The position numbers were made by a program, and so were the translations under genes. A stretch of 33,512 nucleotides of DNA from a virus: the IMG/VR virus record IMGVR_UViG_3300021509_000009; one strand, written 5' to 3'. The notes under the pieces are model-generated. The model did not search any database and was not told the DNA's origin. It saw only the letters and a list, made by a program, of their open reading frames with translations. Of this stretch, positions 17,113 to 25,361 are shown piece after piece. Within the stretch, counting starts at the first letter, position 1; every line of letters starts with the position of its first letter.

Positions 17113-17682
17113 TCAGTCTTTTATAGGTCTTTCTGTTATCCATTGCCATCTACCTCCTCTTTCAATCTGTTCCCACAATTTCGCTTGTTCAACTAATGAT
17201 AACCTCAAAAAATTATCCCTGTGCGCCTCCATCTTTTCCCTATCCTTTATCACTTTTGCCTTCTGATTTATTTCACTTGCCTTCATATTTGAATTTATAG
17301 CAAGATTGTATAGACGAACCATTAATAACCTATACGGTGACTTTGGATTTTTTTGTTTTTTTAGCCATCTACGAATTTTTTGTAGTTCCTTTTGTTTTTC
17401 TTCTCTTTCTCTTAGTTCATTAAATCTATGTGACTGACTGTTATAATACCGTATTCGTTTATTATATGTATTTTTTCCGTTATTCTGAATAATATCTAAT
17501 GGTGGTTGATAACCTGTTACATGCCAAAGCGCATAATAAGCTGAGATTCTCATTCTTCGTTGTAAATCTCTTTCATCTTTGATCGGATCTTCCCATAGCA
17601 CCTTAAGGTTTCCCAGATCAGCAACTATCCCCATGTACTTACGTTCAACTTCTTTTCTTATCATCTTTATATGCCTCCTCAT
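17113..17682 (-). CDS. Basic hypothetical protein
   Basis: 189 aa, K/R-rich. Confidence 0.65.
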   Translation of the reverse strand: MRRHIKMIRKEVERKYMGIVADLGNLKVLWEDPIKDERDLQRRMRISAYYALWHVTGYQPPLDIIQNNGKNTYNKRIRYYNSQSHRFNELREREEKQKELQKIRRWLKKQKNPKSPYRLLMVRLYNLAINSNMKASEINQKAKVIKDREKMEAHRDNFLRLSLVEQAKLWEQIERGGRWQWITERPIKD

Positions 17683-17896
17683 ATTTTTTCTTGTTTATTT
17701 TATACCACCATGACTCTTTGTCAATTCCCTCATTATCGTTATAAGTATTATCGCATTCACACATTATTTTTCATTTTTAAAATGCTCGAAGAATTCCAAC
17801 CATTTATCCACCCAGTCTTTCTTCTTACTATCCTCTTTAGTACTTTTCTTTTCTAACTCGGTTGAATCTCTCCGCATAAATCCAGAAAGATCAAAA

Positions 17897-18340
17897 TTAT
17901 ATAATTTCATCTTTCCTACCTTTTCTTTCGTTTCTATCCCATTTCTTATTAGGATAAATAGAAAATTTATCTATCCTACAAACTTTCTCTTCGACCTTCA
18001 CTCTATTCCTCGTTAGAACAACCATCTTAACCTTTCCCGGATATGCCTGCGCACTTATGGCACTTCCAAGGATAAAAACATCCTTACCATATTTTTGCTC
18101 AATCTCTTGCAACTCTTTTTTTCCTTCCTCGGTTGGAAGCACCTCTATTTCGTAAATAAATTCTAACACTCGCCTTTCTTGCATCTTTGCTTGCAATAGA
18201 TAGCCACTTGGATGAACAACCGTTCCATCTTCAAACTTTAATTTATGCGGAGTGCAGTTTATTACTCGTACTCCATTACTCAATTCCATCGGCTCTTTTA
18301 TTACGCCCTCGCCGCTTCGGGCATTATCTTCCCTATTCAT
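17897..18340 (-). CDS. Conserved virus-type protein (N[LC]TPH motif family)
   Basis: VINCTPHKL...HPSG. Has its own promoter and GAGGT RBS. Confidence 0.7.
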   Translation of the reverse strand: MNREDNARSGEGVIKEPMELSNGVRVINCTPHKLKFEDGTVVHPSGYLLQAKMQERRVLEFIYEIEVLPTEEGKKELQEIEQKYGKDVFILGSAISAQAYPGKVKMVVLTRNRVKVEEKVCRIDKFSIYPNKKWDRNERKGRKDEII

Positions 18341-18369
18341 TTTACCTCACTAATACGAAAATAACCCTA

Positions 18370-18388
18370 CTTAAAAAGGATGTGGTCA
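18370..18388 (-). promoter_or_regulatory. Promoter: TGACCACAT box + TATA (TTTTTAAG)
   Basis: Same architecture at four gene starts. Confidence 0.7.
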
Positions 18389-18572
18389 TTATAGTACTTA
18401 TTATTGATACTTACTTTGGGTCAGATATTTCTGGACAGGTCTTTATAGATATTGTCATTTAACAAAATACCTATTATTAGATTTGAATTTTTCTTTTAGT
18501 TTTGAAGCCAAAAAAGCTATGACTGGTATAATGAATAATATAAAATAAATGATAAGTAATTGAAATATTTGG

Positions 18573-18839
18573 TTAGTCATTTTCTACATTATCAATTAGC
18601 ATATTAATAAAATCTTCCGGTCTTTCTGGAAACACCAATAATAAATTTAATCTACCTTTCATAGCTCTTTTTATACCTCTAATAGCTCCTTTTGCTATAC
18701 ATAATAACCATCCTTGATCCCAAAGTTCCATTAGCTCTTTAATGTTCAATTTCTTCCCTATTAGTTTTTTAGCTCCTACTCCCTCTATCGGCTTTTTTAT
18801 ATTGCGGTCGCCGCCTCCCGCCTGTCTCGTTTCTATCAT
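18573..18839 (-). CDS. Hypothetical protein, paralogue of 21763-22038
   Basis: KLNIKELMELWDQGW vs KISIEKLMELWDRGW. Confidence 0.7.
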   Translation of the reverse strand: MIETRQAGGGDRNIKKPIEGVGAKKLIGKKLNIKELMELWDQGWLLCIAKGAIRGIKRAMKGRLNLLLVFPERPEDFINMLIDNVEND

Positions 18840-18869
18840 TTTACATCAATTAACATATTATTTTTACAT

Positions 18870-18888
18870 TATATAAAGGATGTGGTCA
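18870..18888 (-). promoter_or_regulatory. Promoter: TGACCACAT box + TATA (TTTATATA)
   Basis: Box lies 2 nt before the TATA, upstream of ATG 18839. Confidence 0.7.
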
Positions 18889-19474
18889 CTTAAGTACTTA
18901 CCTCTAATCCTTACCCTGTGTATCATCTTCTCTTCTTATATTATATATTTATTATATAATTCCCTCTCTTTTATATTATTATAATATTCCTTTTTATCAT
19001 TGTTAGTAATATAGTTACCATAGTTCTCATAATTTATGTGTTTATACTCCTTATATATTTGTTGTTTTCTGTTGTTATAGTTATGTATGTTTTATAAGAT
19101 AAACACCATCTACAACATTTATGCCCTTCTTTTTAAAAATAAAACCTTAATAACCAATAAAATTAAAATTAAAACTTTAATATCAATCATAAGAAATATT
19201 ATCCTTTTTTATCGCTTTTCATATCATCAACAAACAAATCTATAATCTTTTCATACTAATCATAAATGATGTTATCCTTATCATCCCTGTGTTACTGGAG
19301 TTAATATTTAAGAATTACATGAAGAGGGATAACAAGAGATAATCGGGAGATTGAAATTTTTAATACTAATTATGGAAGTGGGGAATTGCATCAATGACTA
19401 CCTAAAAATTATATCATAATTTGCATTTTGAGCGTGTTCATTGCAATTTTTTTGAGTGGGGTAATATAAAAGTG

Positions 19475-19536
19475 TACCTGAAGAAAAAAATTTTGATGTA
19501 GGGCAAATATGAGTGTCTCATGCAATTCTCAATAAC
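19475..19536 (+). repeat. Dispersed ~60 bp intergenic repeat, copy 3 (divergent partner at ~19416-19463)
   Basis: TACCTgaaGAAAAAAATTTTGATGTAGggcaaaTATGAGTGTCTCATGCAATTCTCAATAAC. The partner's reverse complement ATTACCccactcAAAAAAATTGCAATGA matches copy 1. Confidence 0.75.
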
Positions 19537-19616
19537 ATACACTAAGGTAAACATAAATGTTAAGGATGGTGTATAGGATTAAGATTAATGATAAGTACCT
19601 ATGGTTCTTACTTGAA

Positions 19617-19636
19617 TGACCACATGTTTTTTATAG
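19617..19636 (+). promoter_or_regulatory. Promoter: TGACCACAT box + TATA (TTTTTATA)
   Basis: Upstream of the GGTGAT RBS and ATG 19669. Confidence 0.7.
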
Positions 19637-19668
19637 TCATAGATTATATGGGTGATTGGTGATGCAAA

Positions 19669-19929
19669 ATGAGTACAAAAATAAGAGAAGAAGAGATTGA
19701 ATGCTTTGATGAAGATATGCAGTGGAAGATACACAAAAAAGCTGAATTCAGAAGAATACACAGTGATCGCGTAAAAATTCAGGAACTCGCTAAAAAAGTA
19801 ACAGTTGAGAGCTCTTCATTACTACGAGAACTGGATAATAGGTTAATGGAAAGAGAACTAAGTATTCAAAAAGAGATAACAGCTGATGGCACGAACTTTA
19901 ACGATATACCGGATATAGAATATGAGTAA
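19669..19929 (+). CDS. Hypothetical protein
   Basis: Promoter and RBS present. Confidence 0.7.
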   Translation: MSTKIREEEIECFDEDMQWKIHKKAEFRRIHSDRVKIQELAKKVTVESSSLLRELDNRLMERELSIQKEITADGTNFNDIPDIEYE

Positions 19930-20046
19930 ATATTCATTTTTATTTTACCTTTTAATTTTTTATGTCTAAGACCTATGAAAAATATTGCGTGAGACGCATT
20001 TAGAACATGCACATTAAAATTTTTATGCTTAACCTATATAATTATA

Positions 20047-20110
20047 TACCTCAAGAAAAAAATTTGCATGAGCATGCTTATATGAAGCCATAATACAAAT
20101 TCTACAAAAC
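20047..20110 (+). repeat. Dispersed ~60 bp intergenic repeat, copy 4
   Basis: TACCTcaaGAAAAAAATTTGCATGAGcatgctTATATG...ATACAAATT. Confidence 0.65.
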
Positions 20111-20132
20111 GACAAATATTGAAATATTATAG

Positions 20133-20178
20133 GTAAGTATCTTTAAACCTTACCAAGATGACCACATCATTTTTATAG
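20133..20178 (+). promoter_or_regulatory. Promoter: GGTAAG-N11-CTTACC inverted repeat, TGACCACAT box, TATA (TTTTTATA)
   Basis: Seen directly, upstream of ATG 20211. Confidence 0.7.
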
Positions 20179-20210
20179 TCTTGATTCTTACATGTGATTG
20201 GTGATGTGAA

Positions 20211-20441
20211 ATGGATAAAGAAAGTGGTATATGGGGAATATTAGAAGAAATAGAGAGTGTGGAAGTGGATAGTGAGAAAAGAGAATTAAAGAACATTTGC
20301 GAAGAATTGATGAGAGAAGCAGATAAATTGGATGGAGAGGCAGAGGCAGCAGATTCGATAGAGATGATAGAGCTGCTTGCAAAAGCAGAGGGCATAAGGA
20401 TCGCAGTAGCGAAGATTACGGAGAATATTTTAGGAAAGTGA
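20211..20441 (+). CDS. Acidic helical hypothetical protein
   Basis: Promoter and GGTGAT RBS. Confidence 0.7.
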   Translation: MDKESGIWGILEEIESVEVDSEKRELKNICEELMREADKLDGEAEAADSIEMIELLAKAEGIRIAVAKITENILGK

Positions 20442-20448
20442 TAGAAAC

Positions 20449-20664
20449 ATGAATGAAATAGAAGAGATAATAAGGGATAGAGTAATACTGGAGTTAGAAG
20501 ATTTGAAAAGAGAGCTAAAAAGAGAGTCGGAGAGATTAAAAACAGAAGCTAAGACTTACAGAGAAGATACGATTTGGTCTATCAGAAGACATGATAAAGC
20601 GCAAGGATTAGAAATAGCAATTGAAAGAATCGAAAAAAGAATATTAGAAAAGAGGAATAGATAA
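20449..20664 (+). CDS. Coiled-coil hypothetical protein
   Basis: Follows 20211-20441 in an operon. Confidence 0.65.
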   Translation: MNEIEEIIRDRVILELEDLKRELKRESERLKTEAKTYREDTIWSIRRHDKAQGLEIAIERIEKRILEKRNR

Positions 20665-20757
20665 AATGATATTTAATATTAACATATTTTTATTTTATAT
20701 TTATCTTCTTTTTAGTATAGTATCCTTTATCATTATAGGATTTCTTATCAAATACCT

Positions 20758-21265
20758 TAGAGTTAGATATTGATACTCCTTTATATATATTATATATTAT
20801 ATATTTATTATATAATATACCGATTCCTTTACCATACCTATACCATACATGTTAGATATCCTATACCATATATGATTCCTATACCTATACCTTTACTATA
20901 CCTTTATGATTCTTATACCATATATTATCATGATACCTTTATGATACCTTTACTATACCGATACCTCTAAGATTCATATACCATATACCTTTATGATATC
21001 TTTATGATACCTTTATCTTTAAATATCTATTACCATATACATTACCGATTCCTTTACCTTTAAGATTCCTTTATGTATACTTTTTAATATTTATATACTT
21101 TATACCATGTTGATTCTTATACCATATACTTATCCTTTATCTTTATGATTCTTTTACCTTTTATAATATTTATACCTTATAGAGTTAAGATATTCTTATA
21201 CCTTATACCTATAGATCCTTTATATAATATATATTATAATATATTATATATTATATTATATATAA
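20758..21265. repeat. Origin-like non-coding region: degenerate CTTTATGATAC(C)/ATACC repeats between two pure-AT tracts
   Basis: 11-mer units near 20895, 20930-20950, 20990-21015 and 21140. A/T-only tracts at 20781-20818 and 21219-21265. G-poor plus strand that switches to purine-rich after 21265. Confidence 0.55.
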
Positions 21266-21432
21266 GGAAAGAAGAGAAGAAAAAAGAATAAAATTTTAAA
21301 ATATCTATCTTCTAACTTTTATTAGACACTCCTTATGGTCTATCACCTTAAAAGAAAGAAAAAAAGAGAAAGAAAAAAAAATTATATAAATATTATGGCA
21401 TCTTTGATATGGTGTGGTAGGCTGAGTTCCTC

Positions 21433-21759
21433 CTATTTTATTATTTTTTTTCCGCAATACCGGCACTGGAGAACCTCTTTTGGCTCTCCGGTTTTTCCGT
21501 CATACACTGTTTGCCGCCACTCAAAGCAGTGGCGACCTTTTGAGCAGCGGTACTTCTGCGCAAGCAATGCTTTCATGCACCAGCGCGCCGCAGCGATATC
21601 GGAAACAGAGCGTTCTCGCTGCATTCTTTTGAACTCGTTGCGTATTTCGCTGAGTTCTTCATCACTCAGCTCGCTGTATGCTTTCTTAATCTTCTTCATT
21701 TCGTTTTCGATCTCTTCATCACTTATGACATCTTTTTCTTTGCTCATTTCATTTATCAT
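21433..21759 (-). CDS. Hypothetical protein with C-terminal Cys/His motifs
   Basis: CSKGRHC...CRYC. GGAG RBS. Confidence 0.65.
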   Translation of the reverse strand: MINEMSKEKDVISDEEIENEMKKIKKAYSELSDEELSEIRNEFKRMQRERSVSDIAAARWCMKALLAQKYRCSKGRHCFEWRQTVYDGKTGEPKEVLQCRYCGKKIIK

Positions 21760-21762
21760 CTC

Positions 21763-22038
21763 CTATTTTATTATTACCACATCGATAAATTTCTCATCTT
21801 CTCTATCGTCATCAGCATGAAAGCACTTGAATAGCTTTGCGTGAATATCGAAGAAATCACTTTTTTTCTCTATAATATATGGTGACTCATCATCCATGTC
21901 TATATGCACTGCTATTCCCCATCCCCTGTCCCATAGTTCCATCAGTTTTTCAATGCTTATTTTTCTCTCTATTAACTCCTTTGCCACCGGGTTATTTATA
22001 TTGCGCTCCCCGCTTTGCGCCTCTATTTCTATTGCCAT
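21763..22038 (-). CDS. Hypothetical protein, paralogue of 18573-18839
   Basis: GGAGGTGAT RBS and shared LMELWD.GW motif. Confidence 0.7.
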   Translation of the reverse strand: MAIEIEAQSGERNINNPVAKELIERKISIEKLMELWDRGWGIAVHIDMDDESPYIIEKKSDFFDIHAKLFKCFHADDDREDEKFIDVVIIK

Positions 22039-22052
22039 ATTTTTATCACCTC

Positions 22053-22247
22053 CTATATTCTTATTATTTTATCTCTTTCGCGTGGCGCTACCTCAAGACC
22101 TTTTAGTGCGAGCAAAACTTTGTTTCCTTTACGATCAAGATAATATTCATCTCGATCGCCGTATTCGTTGACTTCTCCATAATACACTACTCTCTTCCCC
22201 CATACCTTCCCGTCTTCTTTACTATACAATTTCACTGTTTGTTTCAT
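22053..22247 (-). CDS. Hypothetical protein
   Basis: GGAGG RBS. Confidence 0.6.
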   Translation of the reverse strand: MKQTVKLYSKEDGKVWGKRVVYYGEVNEYGDRDEYYLDRKGNKVLLALKGLEVAPRERDKIIRI

Positions 22248-22248
22248 T

Positions 22249-22482
22249 TTACATATCGCCTCCTATTATATATCCGTTATCTTCTAATATAAAATTTAAC
22301 TCTCTCAATACTATTTCCAACATCACTCGCGCCCCTCGATCCCACATCTTTATATCTTCATCTTTCCCTTCCTCGATCCATTTTGTTTGTCGTCTTATTG
22401 CATCTTCGATATCGCACCGCAATATTAGCAACATATCTACCAGTCTATCCCTATCTTCTGATTGCATTATTATTTCACTCAT
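22249..22482 (-). CDS. Hypothetical protein
   Basis: Operon packing. Confidence 0.6.
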   Translation of the reverse strand: MSEIIMQSEDRDRLVDMLLILRCDIEDAIRRQTKWIEEGKDEDIKMWDRGARVMLEIVLRELNFILEDNGYIIGGDM

Positions 22483-22500
22483 CTTCCATCATCTCCCTAT

Positions 22501-22998
22501 CTACTGTACTAATCCGCCCACTCCCTTCCTCCCTATCCGGGTTATTAATAGAAAGGTATATTTTGTTTTTCCCTTTCTTTGTACTTTTAAATATAATGCA
22601 TCTTCTGTAAGTCCCGCGTCTTCCAGTAGTTCGTTATCTCCCCATCCTTTCTTCCAACTGAGAATTATTTTATCGCCTTCCCTTAATAAGCTTATTATTG
22701 TTTGCCATACTGCATTATCTTTTGCCCACATGAGGACATACTGTGCTTTATAGAACATGTCTTTCCCGTAAGCTTCTTTTTCGTAATCTACTGGTATCGC
22801 ATATTGCATTTCTGGGAACGGATCATCTTCTTTCTCTTTTATTGCTATTATCTCATTTATATGAAATACCACTGAGTCCGCTTTCTTTAGTGCTTTTATG
22901 TCCATCTTCGTTATCCCTTTCTTCTCTTCCTCTATTACACCATTCAGCTTATTTGTATCCCGCTCGCTGCCTTGCGGTTCTATTATTTCTATTGCCAT
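22501..22998 (-). CDS. Hypothetical protein (start 22998, MAIEII...)
   Basis: GGTGATAAAAAT-ATG context identical to the 22038 gene. Confidence 0.7.
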   Translation of the reverse strand: MAIEIIEPQGSERDTNKLNGVIEEEKKGITKMDIKALKKADSVVFHINEIIAIKEKEDDPFPEMQYAIPVDYEKEAYGKDMFYKAQYVLMWAKDNAVWQTIISLLREGDKIILSWKKGWGDNELLEDAGLTEDALYLKVQRKGKTKYTFLLITRIGRKGVGGLVQ

Positions 22999-23450
22999 AT
23001 TTTTATCACCAATTACCATATTAGATATGCCACTATAAATAACCCGCCGGTCTTAAAGTAAGTACCTTTAGTCTTTAATAATATATATTATCCTTAAATT
23101 TCATTTTGGATACCTCATGTTATCTCTTTTGTAATCATTCACACCGTAGTCTTAGTCTTATCTTTCATTATCTCTTTCTTAAAAGATATGTATGTATTAT
23201 CTCCCTCTTACTTTTTTGTTACTTGTTATTATCTCTTCTATCCCTTTTATCTCCTTCGTGTCGTATAATCCATATTATATGACTGTGTTAGTTTTAGTTA
23301 ATTGTTATAAGTTGGTGTTATCCCTTTTCTTCTTTTTATTAAGTTAAAATTTTGTTATGTTTGTCTATTTATTGACGGTATCTTAAACTTAAATTTAAAT
23401 GACCGATAGTTTTAATACGTCCTACACTCTATATACTAATAGTGATATGA

Positions 23451-23696
23451 ATGATAGCGAAGTATGAGGAATATGAAGTATTGCGAATAGATCAAGTGAC
23501 CATTGACATGCTATTTGCAGACATAAGAGATACAACACTCGATGAAGAATTCAGAGTACAAGCATACTGTGAAGATGGAAGATGGATAGCAAAATATGAG
23601 GAAGATGAAACTGGGCTCTCTCTCGATCTCAGGAATTCAGATATAGACAAAGCTATACAGATAGCAATGGAAAAAATAGGAAAGAACTTATTGTAG
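23451..23696 (+). CDS. Acidic hypothetical protein
   Basis: Upstream TGACCGATAG-TTTTAATA promoter-like element. Confidence 0.65.
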   Translation: MIAKYEEYEVLRIDQVTIDMLFADIRDTTLDEEFRVQAYCEDGRWIAKYEEDETGLSLDLRNSDIDKAIQIAMEKIGKNLL

Positions 23697-23878
23697 AGAT
23701 TATAAATTTTTTTCCTTTTTATTTTTTATTATTATAATTTAGTGTTATCTCTTTCTATCCTTTTGTTATGTTAATATTTCATTACACCTGTCTATATATC
23801 GCCATTATTTTAAAGTTTTGTTTATATGATCGAAAGTCTTAATATAGTGTGTGTTTTATATAGTATTGGTGATAAAAA

Positions 23879-24124
23879 ATGGAAGAAAAATACTATGCAA
23901 ATATAGCTGATCTGAGTGAGATACCAGGAATAATACTACAATTAACTATGCCGGACTGGTTCGATAAAAATGATATATACACAGATAAAAAGCACATTGA
24001 TGGCGGATATGTGAGAATAGTCGGTAAGAACATAGAGCAAATTAAAGCACGTGCAGAAGTTCTTAAAATGCAAAAACAAGTTCGTCATGGTGGAGGAGTG
24101 CGCATAAAGACATTCAAGAGATAA
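23879..24124 (+). CDS. Hypothetical protein
   Basis: GGTGAT RBS. Confidence 0.65.
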   Translation: MEEKYYANIADLSEIPGIILQLTMPDWFDKNDIYTDKKHIDGGYVRIVGKNIEQIKARAEVLKMQKQVRHGGGVRIKTFKR

Positions 24125-24645
24125 TTTAATATTTTTATTACTTTTTTATATTCTATTTTTTTTTTAATACTTTATAGGAAAAACTTGTTACATTTTTATA
24201 TTATGGGCTTATCACAAACATAAAGGGGGAGGGGGAAAGGGATAATATAATGAATAAAATATATAAATACAAACATAAACCAAGTATACAAAACATAGAC
24301 ATAAAACACTAAATACAAATATAAACTAAACTATGAATATACGGATAAGAACGAAAACACTTAAAGAAAATTATAGTCTATCGAAAGTTTTATATAGTAG
24401 AAAGGCATATATATTATTATGGAGTTAAAAAATTGGGAGGTATGGGAAGCGGAGGAGCGAGAGATAAAGATATTAAGAGACTTAACAATAAAGTTATGTA
24501 GAACAAGAAGGAGGAATAGAAGATAGAGACATATTATAGGAGGATAAATAAATGTTATTTTCAAAGCGAAAAGATAAAACTGATACTAAAATGGAATTAG
24601 AAAAAAAGGAGGAATTATTTAGTTAAATATTTAGGAGCAAAAACT

Positions 24646-24903
24646 ATGATTGTAATGAAAGTTGGAGATATGGTTATAGTAAATATAGGTAATGATAATT
24701 TTTATTGTGAGAAGGAAACAGGAGCAGATATTTGGGAAGAGAGAGCGAGGTATATTGATATGGATGATACTCTCTACATAAGAGGATATGAATTAACGGA
24801 AGATTTAACAAAATTAGCTGACAGATTTCTAAAAATTGGGAAAGCAATAGAGTATTTGGATGAAGAAGAATATGATATAGGTTTCAAGAGGCTGACAAAA
24901 TAA
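24646..24903 (+). CDS. Hypothetical protein
   Basis: AGGAG RBS. Confidence 0.6.
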   Translation: MIVMKVGDMVIVNIGNDNFYCEKETGADIWEERARYIDMDDTLYIRGYELTEDLTKLADRFLKIGKAIEYLDEEEYDIGFKRLTK

Positions 24904-24975
24904 TTAAATACATGACCAAAGAAAAATATATGCAAATAAAGAAGTTAGTTTCATATATGAAAAGTTATAGATGTA

Positions 24976-25245
24976 ATGATTAACATCCCAATTCTTGATA
25001 ACAGAGAAAGTCGTAATTGGTTCAAACAATTTGAACATCCAGTTTATACTACATTAGGCGGCGATAACAAGAAAGTCGAACAGAAATTAAAAAATGATAT
25101 GAAGCGATTGAAATGGCGTGAATGGTGGAAATATCCTCGTAAGAAAATAGATTTATTAAGTGGTACAGAAGATGGATATAGATGGCGAGTACGATTAGTT
25201 GTAAATGCACTTGGTGATTTATCAGTAATATTTGATTTTAGTTAG
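24976..25245 (+). CDS. Hypothetical protein
   Basis: 89 aa ORF with plausible composition. Confidence 0.55.
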   Translation: MINIPILDNRESRNWFKQFEHPVYTTLGGDNKKVEQKLKNDMKRLKWREWWKYPRKKIDLLSGTEDGYRWRVRLVVNALGDLSVIFDFS

Positions 25246-25361
25246 TAATTTTCGGGACTATTATATATAATATGAAGGATACAATATTTTTAATAAGGAG
25301 TGCGCGGGCGCGCGGGGCGGCGGCGGGCGATATATGATACAGAAGAAATAGAGGATGAAAC

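Noticed and set aside
18808-18821. Resemblance of GAGGCGGCGACC to the lambda cos sequence
   Set aside because: It lies in a coding region and is better explained as one of four hairpin-leader copies.
20770-20970. ORF 20770-20970
   Set aside because: Low-complexity Y/I/P translation of the repeat region, with no RBS.
21335-23024. Plus-strand ORFs 21335-21820, 21879-22106, 21896-22171, 22383-22610, 22743-23024, and minus ORF 20150-20395
   Set aside because: S/F/L-rich antisense shadows of RBS-supported genes on the other strand.
24361-24564. ORF 24361-24564 (-)
   Set aside because: Hydrophobic antisense reading of a purine-rich spacer, with no RBS.
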